Below, one piece after another: positions 12,738-27,170 of a stretch of 64,000 bases of DNA. The DNA comes from Octopus sinensis (taxonomy: Eukaryota): assembly GCF_006345805.1 (NCBI RefSeq), contig NC_043026.1:1860001-1924000 (forward strand), in the 5' to 3' direction. A program made the translations under genes and the position numbers. The notes under the pieces were generated by a model. The model ran no database searches. It saw only the letters and a program-made list of their open reading frames with translations, and was not told the DNA's origin. The stretch's first letter is position 1; each line of letters opens with the position of its first letter.

Positions 12738-14370
12738 CAGGATGTGATGGGTAAATTGTCATCATTATATATTTTTAACTTCACACATTGTTTGTTTCTG
12801 ATTTTGTTGACTACACAGTATAGTAGGGTCAGTTGAGCACTGTCTGTGAAAGAAATGGCACCATGGCACAACCACTCCGCCAGAAGTTTGGGAACACTAC
12901 TTGGCATTTGCAGTGGAAGCTTCAATATGAAGCGGCAGAAGCTCCAATATGAACATGTACCAAAAGGAGCATGTACCAAGAATAATAAAAATCAAACATC
13001 CAGTCAACATCATGGTGTTTGGACTGATCACTAGTGATGGGGACGTTGTGCCTCCATTCATCTTTCCACATGGCTTCAGACTCAACAAGGAGGCTTACAT
13101 CAAGTGCCTGGAGGAGTTAGTGCTGCTCTGGGTCAAGAGGCTGGAAGACCCCATGTCTGGCAACAGGACTCTGCACCATCCCACACAAGCAGGAGAATTC
13201 CGTCATGGCTGTCAGACAATTTCTGCGACCACATCACCCCTAACATCTGGCCACCTAACTCTCCAGACTGCAACACACTTGATTGTTATGTGTGGGGCAC
13301 AATTGAGTGAGAGACCAACAGAACTCCTTGTAACACCAAAGATGAACTGAAGACAAGGATTATAGCAGCATTCACCAACTTAAACAAGGAGACCATCCAG
13401 AAGAGTTGCAGGAGATTCCAAAGTCGTCTGGATGCCGAAGTTGAAGCCAATGGAGATTTTATTAAATAAATTTACTTTTTAGTATTTCAAGATATTTTTA
13501 TATAATTTTAGTAAATATATCTGCTAAAATAAGTAAGTACCTTGAGAGAGAAGTTGGACCTAAGAAGCATCAGTTGTGGTGTGCAAGAGAGACGGCTGCG
13601 CTGGTATGGTCATGTGACGAGAATGGCTGAAGATAGTTGTGTGCAAAAGTGCTACACCCTAGCAGTTGAGGGAACCTGTGGAAGAGGTAGACCCAGGAAA
13701 ACCTGGGACGAGGTGGTGAAGCACGACCTTCAAACTTTAGGTCTCACCAAGGAAATGACTAGAGACTGAGACCTATGGAAGTATGCTGTGCGTGAGAAGA
13801 CCCGGCAAGACTAGTGAGGCCATAACCCGTGGCCCCTACCTCGGACGTAGTCAGTCCACCTGTGCATACCTTCCTTCTTGTGACACTTGTGAAGACCTGT
13901 TGAGGCAAGTGAAAATCAAACCAAAATCAAACCAAATCAAAATAGATGAACATCAATGGAATTTATATCTTTGTAGTACCAGTGCTGGTGGCACATAAGA
14001 AAACCATCCGAACGTGGCCGTAGCCAGTACCGCATCGACTGGCCTCCATGCTGTGGGCACGTAACAAACACCATCCGATTGTGGCCGTTCGCCAGCCTCG
14101 TCTGGCACCTGTGTCGGTGGCACATAAAATCACCCACTACACTCTCGGAGTGGTTGGCGTTAGGAAGGGCATCCAGCTGTAGAAACACTGCCAGATCTGA
14201 CTGGCCTGGTGCAGCCTTCGGGCTCCCCAGACCCCAGTTGAACCGTCCAACCCATGCTAGCATGGAAAGCGGACGTTAAACGATGATGATGATGATATCT
14301 GTTAAAATGAGATGTCTGTGGTGTTTTCATTTTTGTGTAATTTAGACAACAGTTTATTCACCACACCCTG
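12738..14370 (+). mobile_element. Internally deleted maT (DD37D) Tc1/mariner element, interrupted by an RTE insertion
   Basis: Imperfect TIRs begin CAGG(A/G)TGTG, with TA on both sides (12736-37, 14371-72). Transposase pieces include KHPVNIMVFGLITSDG and WQQDSAPSH-x-WPPNSPDCNTLD, with exactly 37 residues between the second and third Asp. Confidence 0.85.
13531..14294 (+). mobile_element. 5'-truncated RTE LINE with 14-bp TSD
   Basis: Encodes STLREKLDLRSISCGVQERRLRWYGHV...GRGRPRKTWDEVV...DRDLWKYAV, then the 3' UTR and (ATG)n tail. The TSD is ATATCTG(C/T)TAAAAT at 13517-13530 and 14295-14308. Confidence 0.9.
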
Positions 14371-14555
14371 TATATAGACATGGCTGTGTGGTAAGAAGCT
14401 TGCTTTGCAACCACATGGTTCAGAGTTCAGTCTCACTGTGTGGCACCTTAGGCAAGTGTCTTCTATAACTTTGAGCTTGCAGGTAGATTTGATGAATGAA
14501 AACTGAAAGGCACCTGTTGTGTGTGTGTGTGTGCGTGTGTGTGGATATGTATATG

Positions 14556-14587
<32 letters not shown>

Positions 14588-15252
14588 TGTATGTATGTAT
14601 GTATGTGTGTATGTATGTATGTGTGTGTATCTGTGTGTACTGGGGCACCACCTTGAAGAAACTTAGTCAAAGGAATCAACCCCAGTACTTGATATTTTAC
14701 TTTTTTAAAGCGTGGTACATATTGTCAGTCTCTTTTGCCAAGCCACTAAGTTACAGGGATGTAAACACACCAACACCTGTTGTTAAGCAGTGGTGGGGGA
14801 CAAACCATAGATATTGTCACATAGATCTGATATGTGAGCTGACAAAAACTGAGGTATTTCCTGGTCCAAGAGAAGAACACGAATCATTGAAACACGGTCT
14901 TGTATCTTTGTGTTTGAAACAGCTGTACTGTCCCAGATATAGGATATGATAAGCAGTTCTCTATTGTGAATATGGGACGAGTATTTTTAGAGGGTCCGCA
15001 AAATAATCATATCTGAAGTAGTTAACGTCACACAAACACTCACCGAACACAGAATTATGTAGAGTTAGAAACACGGGCCTCCACATGTGTGTGTGTGTGT
15101 GTGTGTGTGTGGGTAGGAGTGGGTGGTGGTGGGTTTGTAAGTAATAAACTATGAAATATCATCACATATTTTGACCTGGTGTTTATCTAGTTTATCTTAA
15201 TCTGTCCTGAGTGATTAAATAGTAATAGGTGTTAGTGTTATTGTTGAAGTTG

Positions 15253-15284
<32 letters not shown>

Positions 15285-17109
15285 GGTGGTGGAAGTAGTT
15301 GTGGTTGTGGTAGAAGAGGTGATGATAGTCACTGGTTATGATGATTATACAACAAGACTGAGTGGACAAGTGAAAGAAACTCTTACTCAACACATTTCTC
15401 ACAAATTACACATATTTTGTTTTTTAATAACATATACACATTTGTGTGTGTGTGTGCATATTGTATACTCATATATAAACACACATACACATATACTTAC
15501 ACATAGGTACAGACATATATGTGTGTATATATATGCGTGTGTGTGTGTGTGTGTTTGTATATATATATATCCATAATAATAATAAAGGGTAAAATTAATT
15601 AATTAATTAATAATTAATAATTTTACCAAGTAGTTTGGTATGTTAAAAGAATGATTATCGGTAAACTTATACATAAAAAGTAGGTTTTAACTGCTGTTTC
15701 TAGATTTCGGTATCTGGTGAAGCAAATTTTTGCTGAATCCTAATTTCAATAATTAGACGCCAGTAAATGTAAGTACAGATCCCAGGTAAATCCTCAGGTA
15801 TGACAAGTAAATGCAAATATCCTTTTGTAGAATTTATATATACAAGACTGGCCCTTGAGAATTACAGGTACAGTTCACTTTTGCTTGCTGGGTGGACTGG
15901 AGGAGTAGTGTGTAACATTATCTCACTGGTTTTTGAACTCACGAAATTCTAAATTTATAAAATACTATAGTAAAGTCTATAATAATATATTTTAACAAAG
16001 ATTTTATAAAACCATTTCCAATGGTGGTATCTTTATCTTTTAATTAGCTTTTGTTATTCACACCTTAACTTACCCTCATTTGTTATTTTTTATCCCTTTT
16101 TATATCTGTTATACATTTTATGGCATTTGCAATGTGAAATTTTTAGTTTTATTTTTTCATTTTTGTAAATTCTTTATTAAAATTTTATACAAAAATTTCT
16201 TGTCTTTTATTTGTTTTTATTTTGTTTATTCTCTTATCTTATATTACATTATTGTTATTTTTATATATCTATATACCCTCATATATATTGGTATAATTTC
16301 TATGGATTGTGGAGGTGTTGGTAACTTCTCTTCATAAAACTCGTGGCATAATATAATACAATATGATATTTATATTTATAATTGAACTATATATTTCATA
16401 AACTCTATAAAATTATATATATATATATATATATGGTATTTTTGTACCTTCATATCTCTTTTCATGGTTTTTTCATAATGTTGGTAATTTCTTATATAAA
16501 AATACCTTTTTCAAGTTTTTTTTTTAAGTAAGTTTACCTGAAATAGAAATATTTATCTTATTTTTTAGCCTTTAATCTCTGGTTTTGATTCAATATAAAC
16601 TGTGTACTCCTACTCTGAGCTTGACCAACTTAGCCATATGCTAGGAAAATGCCTTGTGAACTGTTTCTTATGTTTTAATGTACCCAACTTACCAAGTTTT
16701 CATATCCTTTTCTAAATTTCTAATATGTAAATTTTGTTAAATTAGGATACACCCCATTATGCTCACTTTTAATTCCTACACTTAGAACTCATTTTGACCC
16801 CTTTTGGTTTCCAATTTATGCCCCTTTTAATCGATAATCATAATTTGTTTAGCCTCCCCTGTCCTTCCTCTTTCTGTTTATCACCTTTTCTCTATCCCTC
16901 ATTATATTACTAGCAACTCTGAGACATATCCTTTTATGTAGATAAGGGCTGGATATATGGTCCCAGCAATATAGCGGGGGTGGGGGGTGGGGGGGTGCAG
17001 GTAAGAATATCTGACATTAATTAATTTTTCACCACCAACAAGAACTGTCAATTCCCAATTCTAAGGGGTTGTAGACAGCATGCTGCATTAAGTCTTTTGA
17101 ATGTGATAA

Positions 17110-17865
17110 AGATAATAATAATAATAATAAACATTGTGTACAGTGCTCAGGTGCACTACAACTCATCTAAAGTGTATATATAATCAGGTGTAGTTTCGGT
17201 GGATTTCGGAAAGCATGAGGGCCTTAAAGGATGCAGTGTCATGGCAGTCAACAACTGACGCAGGCAGTTTATTCCATGCTTCAGCACCTCTGAGCGTGAA
17301 GAAATGTTTCCGAAAGTCATGGGAGCTGTGTTGTTTTCTGACTTTGTAGTCATGTCCACGTGTGTTAGACACATGGAGATCAAAAAGGTGTTCAGTGTTG
17401 TTATTGGTGAGGTGGTTGACAACTTTGTGGCCGTTTGCCAAGTCCGTCGCCAGACGCCGGAGCTTCAGTGAATCCATGCCCAGGGAAACAAGGCGCTCAG
17501 AATATGGTAGGTGTCTGATGGAGGGTATGCGTTTGGTTGCACGTCTCTGAACAGATTCCAGGAGGTGAATGTTCTGAGCAAGATAGGGGTTCCAAACTGA
17601 TGATGCGAATTCCAAGTGTGGTCGTACCATAGCTGTATACAGTTTTAAATAGATGGCTGGAGAGCGGCTAACAAAAATCTTGCTGAGTGATGCCAAGACA
17701 CCCTCGGCCTTCTTGACAATTTTAGAGATATGCTTTGTCCAACGCAAATCACTGCTGACAGTGATGCCTAGGTCACACTCGCAAAAGGATTTCTTGATAT
17801 CAGTGTTGTGGAGGGAGTATGTGGACGCAGGGTTTTTTCTCCCAAAATGTAGCCACATCACCATT
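17110..17865 (-). mobile_element. CR1-clade LINE 3' fragment
   Basis: ORF 17184-17900 contains DLGITVSSDLRWTKHI...LYTAMVRPHLEFASSVWNPY...LESVQRRATK...LKLRRL...FFTLR..EAWNKLP. The 3' UTR ends GCACCTGAGCACTGT followed by a (TTA)n tail. Confidence 0.92.
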
Positions 17866-18290
17866 CCTCTTCCTTGAACCCCATTATTTTCCTCTGTCAC
17901 TCTAAATTATAGCAGGCTTTAGATATACATTTTCTTCCCTAAATTCATTCTGCCACAAAAATAGCAAGGAGAAACAAAGTCTCTTGTATTGATGAAATTT
18001 TGCTAAAAAATAATGGTTTATCCTGTTTGTTGGAAAACTATATGGTTGTCTGCATCCAAGGTGAGCGGATTATTTTAAATTGATGTAATATTTTCATTCA
18101 TCGATTAAATGGAGCCACTTAAAATCGCTGTAATGCCCTGAGACCTGGACATCCTTCTCACTTATTTGCTTTATACATATATACATATACATACATACAT
18201 ATGTATGTATGTGTGTGTGTGTGTGTATATATATATTTCGTTTTTGGATTTGGTTTGCAAGATTCTTTATGTGAGTTTGTGTGTTGAAGC

Positions 18291-18498
18291 ATATTCTGTT
18301 GTGTCTGGGGAGAGTCATTCTCTTTTAGTGCCTTATTATTTAACACACTCACCGGTAAAAGAGTCAAGACTATTGAAAAGGTTGCAAGACGCAATGAAAA
18401 TTTTAGGAAAATAAAAAGACAAAATAAGTGGAAATTTTACTGGTGAGTATGTTACATAATAAGGCACTAAAAGTGAATGACTCTCCCCAGACACAACA

Positions 18499-18504
<6 letters not shown>
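18291..18504. repeat. Foldback/inverted repeat with ~68-bp arms
   Basis: 18291-18360 is the near-perfect reverse complement of 18439-18504. A further copy of one arm is at ~11932-11985. Confidence 0.85.
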
Positions 18505-18563
<59 letters not shown>

Positions 18564-19407
18564 CATACATTTATATGTATGTACATACATGTATATATGT
18601 GTGTATATATATACATATATATTTGTATATGTGTATATATTTATATATATATATATATGTGTGTGTGCATGGCTTAGTGGTTAGGGAGTTGTACTCACAA
18701 TCGCAAGATTGTGGTTTCACTTCCTAAACAGGGTAGTGTGTTATGTTCTTGAGCAAAGCACTTCATCTCATGTTGCTCTGTGATCTCTTCCAAAATCTGA
18801 TGCTCAAAATGAGGAGGAGTTTGACAGCCAACAACTGATGAAGGCTTCTTTCTCTCTCTTTACTTGTCATGTTTTTCATTTTTTCTCTTGACGTTTACTT
18901 ATTTGACTCGTTTGTCTACGTATTTCATGTTGTTTACACAGTTGGTGATGTCCTCTACCCATATATGCACACGCACACACACACACACACATACACACAC
19001 ACACACACACATATAGGAGTGGCTGTGTAGTAAGAATTTTGCTTCCCAACCACATGGTTCCAGGTTCAGTCTGACTGCGTGGCACCTTGGGCAAGTGTCT
19101 TCTACTGTAGTCCCGGGATGACCAAAGTCTTGTCAGTGGATTTGGTAGACGGAAACTGAAAGAAGCCTGTTGCATATATGTGTGTGTCTGTGTGCTGGTA
19201 TTTGTGTGTCTGTTTGTCCCTACACCATCACTTGACAACTGATGTTGGTTTGTTTATGTCCCTGTAACTTAGCAGTTCAGCAAAAGAGATTGATAGAATA
19301 AGTACTAGGCTTACAAAGAATAAGTTGTGGGTTGATTTCTTTGAATAAAGATGATAGTCCAACATGGCCACAGTCAAATGACTGAAACAAGTAAAAGAAT
19401 AAAAGAA

Positions 19408-19463
<56 letters not shown>

Positions 19464-19560
19464 AGAGTAAACACATAAATGTGAAACAAGGTGGAAAAAA
19501 GAGTACTCAAATACCAGGGGTAGAGTAATATGCTTTATTTAAAAGAAGCAGAAATTCAAT

Positions 19561-19608
19561 AAAACCTGTTACTCGGAGTTTCACGTTCCCGTTCGTCGGA
19601 CAGTTTTT
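19561..19608 (-). ncRNA. Type I hammerhead ribozyme motif (U4C core variant)
   Basis: The minus strand reads AAAAACUGU-CCGACGA-ACG(GGAA)CGU-GAAA-CUC(C)GAG-UA-ACAGGUUUU. Stem I is CUGU/ACAG plus A/U extension, stem III is ACUC/GAGU, and cleavage is at GUA (after 19570). Confidence 0.7.
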
Positions 19609-20594
19609 GTTAAAATAGAACCAATTCTGTCACGACTAGTATAAACGCTACACCTTTAAAAATGGACTTGTTTGATTGGTCTTTTCAAATAACAGTCATA
19701 TTTGAGCGATAAACAAAAATGAGCTCAATATAAAATATAAAAAAAATATATATGAAATTATAAAAGTCGAGGAAAAAATCTTACATCGAATCTTATATAT
19801 ATAATAGAGTGGTGGGATCCAAAAAGATTGTGGTACAGACATTTAGTTAGCCTCAGGCATAAACATGGCTTGTACAGATAGCACAAAGTAGATGATATTC
19901 AATCAATAGAGTTTATCATTCAACATATGCAATACACTTTGTCTCATATTGAAGTTAATGAAAATTTTGATAAAATGACTGCCATTATACAAGTCCAGTA
20001 GAGAGCAACAAAAGATGCTAATTATGTGATTATAAATGGAATAGGTAATTATGTACTACAGATAATTCCTAGGTATCACCAATGAACTGGTGAAAATCAG
20101 GTAGGAAAGCACCCAAAGAGAAGGAACACTGAGTATCTATGTAATACCTTAAAGCTACATAACTTCTGTTTGGTGTTTCCTTTGAAATGTATGTAGTACA
20201 TAATTAGTTACTCCATTCCCTTCACCCACTTGTATATATATGTATATATAATATAAGTGGGAGAAATATACATATTTTTTCGATGTCCGGATAACTGAAG
20301 AGATGGCAGCATGGGTTTCTATCCTGACATCCAAAACTTGGTGTTTTATCATGGCTACTGAATAATTGTCACATATTTATTTACAGATAAATTCTTCTAT
20401 TTACATAATATCGAGGTCTCTTTCATTCTTTTGTTGTCTTACCATTTTTATCAATATATATATATATAAATTAAGAAAGGTGGCTACACACCTTTGTATA
20501 GAAATGTGAGTTAAAAACCCTTAGAGCCACAATACATATCAATGTATTGACAAGGGAGAAGACTGCCCCATAGTGGGTGAGATAATAATAAAAT

Positions 20595-21140
20595 AATATA
20601 ATAATGAAATTATTGTATACAGTGCTCAGGTGCACCACAACTTGTCAGAGTATATGCAGTAATGTACAAATGTCTGGAAAGCAAACAGTGTATGAGTCAG
20701 ATACATGCTTGCGTGTGTATGGAGGGGAGAAAATCAAGTGTAGTGTTGGCGAATCTCAGAAAGCATGGAAGTTTTGAAGGATGCAGTGCACCGACAACTA
20801 ACAACGGATGCCGGCAGTTAGTTCCATGCTTCAGTAACTCTTAGCGTGAAAAAAATGTTTCCTGAAGTCATGGGAGCTGTGCTGTTTTCTGACTTTGTAA
20901 ATATGTCCACAGGTGTTAGACGGGTGGAGTTTGAAAAGGTGCTCAGAGTTATTGTTTGTAAGATGGTTAATTACTTTATGGGTGTCTGCCAAGTCAGCTG
21001 CCTGACGTTGGAGTTTCAATGTATCCATGCCCAGGGAAGTAAGGCGTTCAGGATATGGCAAATGCCTGATGGAGGGTATTCTTTTGGTTGCACGTTGCTG
21101 AACAGCTTCCAGACGATTGATATCCTGGGCAAGATAGGGG
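20595..21140 (-). mobile_element. CR1-clade LINE 3' fragment (same family as 17110-17865)
   Basis: Encodes MPYPERLTSLGMDTLKLQR...HDFRKHFF and has the same 3' UTR. Confidence 0.88.
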
Positions 21141-21275
21141 TGAGATCACCATACTTGTCTAGTTTCACTTAAAATTAAAGCTCATCAGTGGTGACTACTC
21201 CATCACTGGATGGTTTGGCTAAATCCCAACTGTCAGTATATAGTATTTATCATATGAATCAATGGCTGACTCAAT

Positions 21276-21335
21276 GATGCAGATGCCTCTGATGAGATCC
21301 CAATAAGGTTCGAAAATCGATTAAAGTTGTTCATC
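21276..21335 (+). ncRNA. Minimal type I hammerhead ribozyme motif
   Basis: GCCU-CUGAUGA(21289-95)-GAUCC(CAAUAA)GGUUC-GAA-AAUCGAUU-A-AAGU. Stem III is the perfect palindrome AAUCGAUU and the cleavage triplet is UUA (21323). There is one mismatch each in stems I and II. Confidence 0.62.
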
Positions 21336-21401
21336 CTTTTTGCAGTCTGCAGAGAAATGGCTAAAATTTGCCCTGTTTATAATTACACCATATCTAACAT
21401 A

Positions 21402-21444
<43 letters not shown>

Positions 21445-21881
21445 GCATGCATATATGCATGTATGGATGTATAAATATGTGCATATATATATCATGGTAT
21501 TAATCAAACTATTGGATGGTGTTATCTTTTTTCAGGTTTCAATGACCAAATGTGTTCCACTATAAACCCCGAACACATTTTCCACAAACAACATTTTAAT
21601 TCACACTGACATACTATTTGGCAATCGGGATTAACTGATACCTGTCCACTTCTTATCAAACTTCACCCTTTGCTAAGTATATCAGATGCCTGGCTTATCT
21701 TCCAGCTACTTGACATTGTTCTTTGCCCCACTCTTTCTTCCATTCTATCCACCAGGCTGTTCTCTTAGTTTCTATGGCTCTATATACAACACTATTCAAC
21801 CTTCTGTCTGTCTACAACCTTACCCCATTTACATATTTAGTCTGTTGTTATGAGGTTGTCTTGTACACACACACACACACA

Positions 21882-21912
<31 letters not shown>

Positions 21913-22071
21913 TATCACATACTCACACTTGTATGCATCATCATCATCATCACCATCATCATCATTTAGTGTCCATTGTCCATGCTGGCATGGGTTGGAT
22001 GGTTTGACTGGAACTGGTAAGCTGGAGAGCTGCACAGGCTCCAGTTTGGATTGGTTTGGTCTCTATGACTG

Positions 22072-22102
<31 letters not shown>

Positions 22103-22389
22103 CATGGAAATGGGTGCGTGACGTTTAATCATATTATATCAATAAAAGATATATATAGGCATATAAACATACATATATGTACATACTGATGTATATATAT
22201 ATGTATATAAACATAAACAACATGCAATACGAACACAAACTTTTTTGTGAACAACAAAAGAAACAAATAGAAAACAAAAAAAGTAACATAAAGAACGACC
22301 CTTCATCAGTTTGCTTTCTGATGCACATTCTTTTCTGTACTCCCAGCAAGTAGAGATTCTGTATAATGCATGGTTAACAGGTTTCTTGC

Positions 22390-22760
22390 TTGGGTGACTT
22401 CGAAGGTCTGCCTTATTAAGACAGATACGCCCACACTTGTTATATGTTAGACTGGAGTGTGTGCTAACATACTCAACATACTCAGGTGAATTCACATTAA
22501 ACTCTTACAAACATCTCTCTTGAGCTGTTCATGTCTGATACAGTTTTCTTTCAATTCCCTTCCCTCATCATGCACTGCTTTCCTCCACAATGAATGACCT
22601 ATAGTGAGATTTTCCCATCTATTTTCTGGGATTTTGACCATCTCCCCTGTATTCTCGATGCAGTCCTCATATCTTAACTTTGGTTCATGTTTTTGTCTTT
22701 TGCCCTCAGCTAACTCATTATACAGAAATTGCTAAGGCGTTTGATTATCTTCCACCCTGA
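22390..22760 (-). mobile_element. RTE (BovB-like) LINE C-terminal fragment
   Basis: Encodes FLYNELAEGKRQKHEPKLRYEDCI...CGRICLNKADLRSH (the LYGEL..GKR...KLRYKD motif and the terminal Cys/His motif). Confidence 0.7.
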
Positions 22761-24563
22761 CCACTTGGCCACTCCATACATACATACATGCTAGCTGTCA
22801 ACTCGTAGACGAGTATGACCATCACTGACAGATTCTCTTACCTTGAATGTTAAAGACAATGGCTGTCATCAATGCCCATGCTGGAGTTAAAGACTAAAAG
22901 TTTGCACAACACTGCTAAGACTTTGACCGACAGAGCAAAGAATTCCAGAAACAAGGAAGTGTAAGATCTCTGGCTTTGTGACGAGGTGCATGTTATTTCA
23001 TAATGTTTTCCTTGTAGGGAGATGTCTTGACAAAGACTACAGGTTTCCACTCCTGGCTGTTGGATGACCGTTGACGCTACTCAGTTCATCCCTCCTTTGA
23101 CAGGTTTTGTTTTCTGCCGGGTGACCAACGAAACCCACTTTCCTAACCAAGATTTGGTTGACTTGTTGAGTTGGTCACCAACGGTTCAAACATGAGAGAA
23201 GTTGTATTGGGCTGCATGCAAAGAGGAACTCTAGGGGTGACCTGACACATACATACACACATACATTCATACATACATAATTATTACATACATACATATT
23301 CATACATACATACATAAATACAAGCATACATGCATACATACATACATAAATACATACATACATACATACATACATACATACATACAAATATACATACATA
23401 CATACATACATACAAGCGTACATACATACATACATAAATACATACATACATACTTATATAATTATTACATACATACATACATAATTATTACATACATATA
23501 TACATGGTGGCTGCCCCCTCGTCATCGAGTATGGCCATTGCATGAAGCTTAATCAATGTTGTTATCGTGCAATGCCTGTGCAAGAAGATTTTTTTTTAAA
23601 GTGAGGAAAGGCTGTGCACTGAGTCAATCCCACTCACTAAGTAACAGCAGCCATAATCCGAAAAGAAGAACAAGTCAACATCATCGGTAACCACTGAGCT
23701 GCAGGTTTTATGTCGGAGTTATCCCAGTTACCTGAGTTACTTCTCCTAGAAGGATGCCCTAACAAAGGCTAGGAGTCCTTCCCTCCCAATGGTTTAACCA
23801 CGCGATCGGGTATTCAGTCCGATTATTTCTATGTTCCCGCGTATGATACAGCCTTAAGACATTTATTTATTGGATGGCTGTTGACTCTCAAGAGTTCCTC
23901 CGCTCTTTGATGGGTTTTGTTTTTCATCCCGCAGGGTGTCCAATAAACACCCTCCTCACCAAGCAAGCTTGGTGGGGTTGCCGGTTTAGTCGCCAACGAC
24001 TCGACCATGCAACAGGTTGTACTGGGTTACATTTTACCAGTAGCACTCGAAAGCGACCTGACATATACATATATACATACATACATGTATTCATGCATGC
24101 ATGCATACATACAGAAAGACAGACATATACATCTACATACATACATATATACAGACATACGTACTTACATATATATACATGCATGCTTGCATATATACAT
24201 TCCTGTAATTCTAACAATTCTAACAAATTAACCATGCTTAACGTATCACCCAAAGAGAATCATTACAATATCTCCTTCATATTGTTCACCCTGAACCCTA
24301 TTCTGAAAGTAACTGACACTTTGTTGGTTACAATGACGAAGGTTCCAGTTGACATTAATGTGCAAATGGCCGAGTTCTCCACAGACCTGCATATCCTTAA
24401 CGTAGTTCTCACGGAGATTCAGCATGGCAGAGAATGTGATAAGGCTGGCCCCTTTGAAACACAAGATCTACTCATTTTTGCCAATTGAACGGACTGTGGT
24501 AATATGAAATAAAGAGACTTGCTCAAGGAAACACTGTGCCACCAGCCATTGAACTCCTGACCT

Positions 24564-24600
<37 letters not shown>

Positions 24601-27170
24601 TGGCACTCTCTCAGTCACAAGGATGAGGGTTCCAGTTGATTCGAACAATGGAACAGCCAGTTCATGAAATTAACGTGTAAGTGGCTGAGTACTCCTCAGA
24701 CGTATGTACCCGTAACACAGTTCTCAGGGAGGTTCAGCATGACGCAGAAAGTGACAAGGCTGGTCCTTTTGATTTACAGGTTCTACTCTTTTTTGTCAGC
24801 CGAGTGGATTGGAAGAATGTGAAATAAAGTGTCTTGCTCAAGGACACAACTCACAGCTGGGAATCGAACTCATGACCTCACAACTGTCAGCCAGATACCC
24901 TAACCACTAAGCCATGCACATTCACTACACTTTATATATAAGGCATTATAGATGCAAGCATGGCTGTGTGGTAAGAGGCTTGCTTCCCAACTACATGGTT
25001 CTGGTTTCAATCCCATTGCGTGGCACCTTGGGCAAGTGTCTCGTATTATAGCCTTGGGCTGACCAAAGCCTTGTGAGTGGATTTGGTAGATGGAAACTGA
25101 AAGAAGCCTGTTGTATATATATATATAAGGCAGCAAGCTGGCAGAATCGTTGGCATGCCAGGTAAAATGCTTAGCAGTATTTCACCAATTGCTATGTTCT
25201 GAGTTCAAATTCTGCCGAGGTTGATTTTACTTTTCATCCTTTCAGGGTTGATAAATTAAGTACCAGTTACACACTGGCGTTGATATAATTGACTATCCCC
25301 CTCCCCCACAATTTCAGGCCTTGTGCCTATAGTAGAAAGGATATATATCAAGCGTTTCTACAACAAAAGAGAACTGGTATAGACAGGTATAAATGACTTA
25401 AAATATACCAAATTGTGTTGCCTCAGCATTTCAACACACCTGGTCATTCCATCTGTCATTCTTTGGTGTCTGGCATATCCATGCAATATGGGGGATTACA
25501 CTTCAAGAAAAACAAAGACCAAGGAATAATATTCAACTGAACCTTTCAGGTGAGAAGATAAAGGAGCGAGATACCTGGTGCCTGGCCATACTTCAGAAGA
25601 TCCATACTCTGCTGCAGAAGTGTTAAGATCAATTCTTTTGGTGGTGTAAAGAACTTGTGGCAGGATCCATAAAAGCTCCCGTGCAGTGCCATGTAAAAGC
25701 ACCCAGTGAACTCTGTGGAGTGATTGACATTAGGAAGGGCATCCAGCGTTAGAAATTAAGCCTGAGGTATTAATCAGACTGAGGTATTGTGCAACCACCC
25801 ACTAAACTGGACAGCTCTGGTCATCATGATGATGATGATGAAGGGAAGTCCTCTTTTAAGTCCGAATGAACAGTTCTCCTTCCCCCCTCCCTAACCCCAC
25901 CATCCCCACATGCTTTTATATCTGGTGATGGTGCCACAGAGTAAAAAGCACTCAGTCCACTCTGTAAGGTGGTTGGCATTAGGAAGGGCATCCAACAGCA
26001 GAAACCATGCCAAAGCAGAGTTTGGAACCAAGTGTGGCCCCTGGAATTGCCAGTTGGTCCAACCCATGCCAGCATGGAAAAGAGACATTAAATGTTGATG
26101 ATGATGACTACTGTGAATATCCTTACATGTCTAGGTAGAGGTAGGTCTGTGTGGTAAGAAGTTTGCTTCCAAGTCACAGGGTTCCGGGTTCAGTTGCACT
26201 GTGCGACATTTTGGGCCAGTGTCTTCTGCTACAGCTGACAAAAGCATTGTGGGTGAATTTGGTAGACGGAAACTGAAAGAAACCTATCATAAGTGTGTGT
26301 GTGTGTGTGGTGTGTGTGTGTGTGCATGTATGTATGTATGTATGTGTGTATGTATGTATGTTTGTATGTATGTATATATAAATAGATAGATAGATACATA
26401 GATAAATAAATCGATATTGAATGGCTGTGTGGTAAGAAGCTTGCTTTCTAACCTCATGTTTCTGGGTTCAATCCCACTGTGCGACACCTTTGGCAAGTGA
26501 CTTCTACTATAGCTTTGGGACAACCAAAGTCTTGTGAGAGGATTTAGTAGATGGAAACTGAAAGAAGCCTATACATATATGTGTAAATATATATATGTAT
26601 ATGTGTGTGTGTGTGTGTTTGTGCCTGTGTTTGTCCCCTTACCACTCCTTGACAACTGGTGTTGGTGTGTGTGTGTGTAACTTAGTGGTTCTGCAGAAGG
26701 GATCAACAGTAGAAGTTCCAGGATTGAAAAAAGAAGAAAAGTCCTGGGGTCGATTTGTTCAACTGAAATTATTCAAGATGGTGCCCCAGCATGGCCACAG
26801 TCTAATGTCTGAAACGAGATAAAGGATAAAAGATATGTACCTATGGCTAGTTATACATTCGTATTCTTACATTACCTGTGTATGCAGGTGAGATAAATAC
26901 ATACACGTTGTTTCTGTGAGACCAAGCAACTCTATGTGTGTGTGTGTAAGAGAGAGAAAGAGTGTGTGACAGACAGAAATCTTTATTGTTGCAGACATGT
27001 TTTTGTAGAAAACCGAGTTGAATTCACTTTCCACCCTGTGTAATCTCTATGGCATGTATTGACATGTTTTGTCCTTTGAAGTTCTGTTTGAGACGTAACT
27101 GTCAAAGTATTTTCCAAGTTAAGTGAACAACAGGGCAATGTTGATAACAAAGGTTAGTGTGGCAGCAGGT

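Noticed and set aside
15560-16900. AT-rich tracts (also 1720-2620) as Penelope ORF remnants
   Set aside because: Only faint resemblance with many stops; I cannot support a call without a profile search.
25500-25690. Possible minus-strand exon (…PKELILTLLQQSMDLLKYGQAP)
   Set aside because: No usable acceptor (upstream is RTE-tail sequence) and no recognisable homology.
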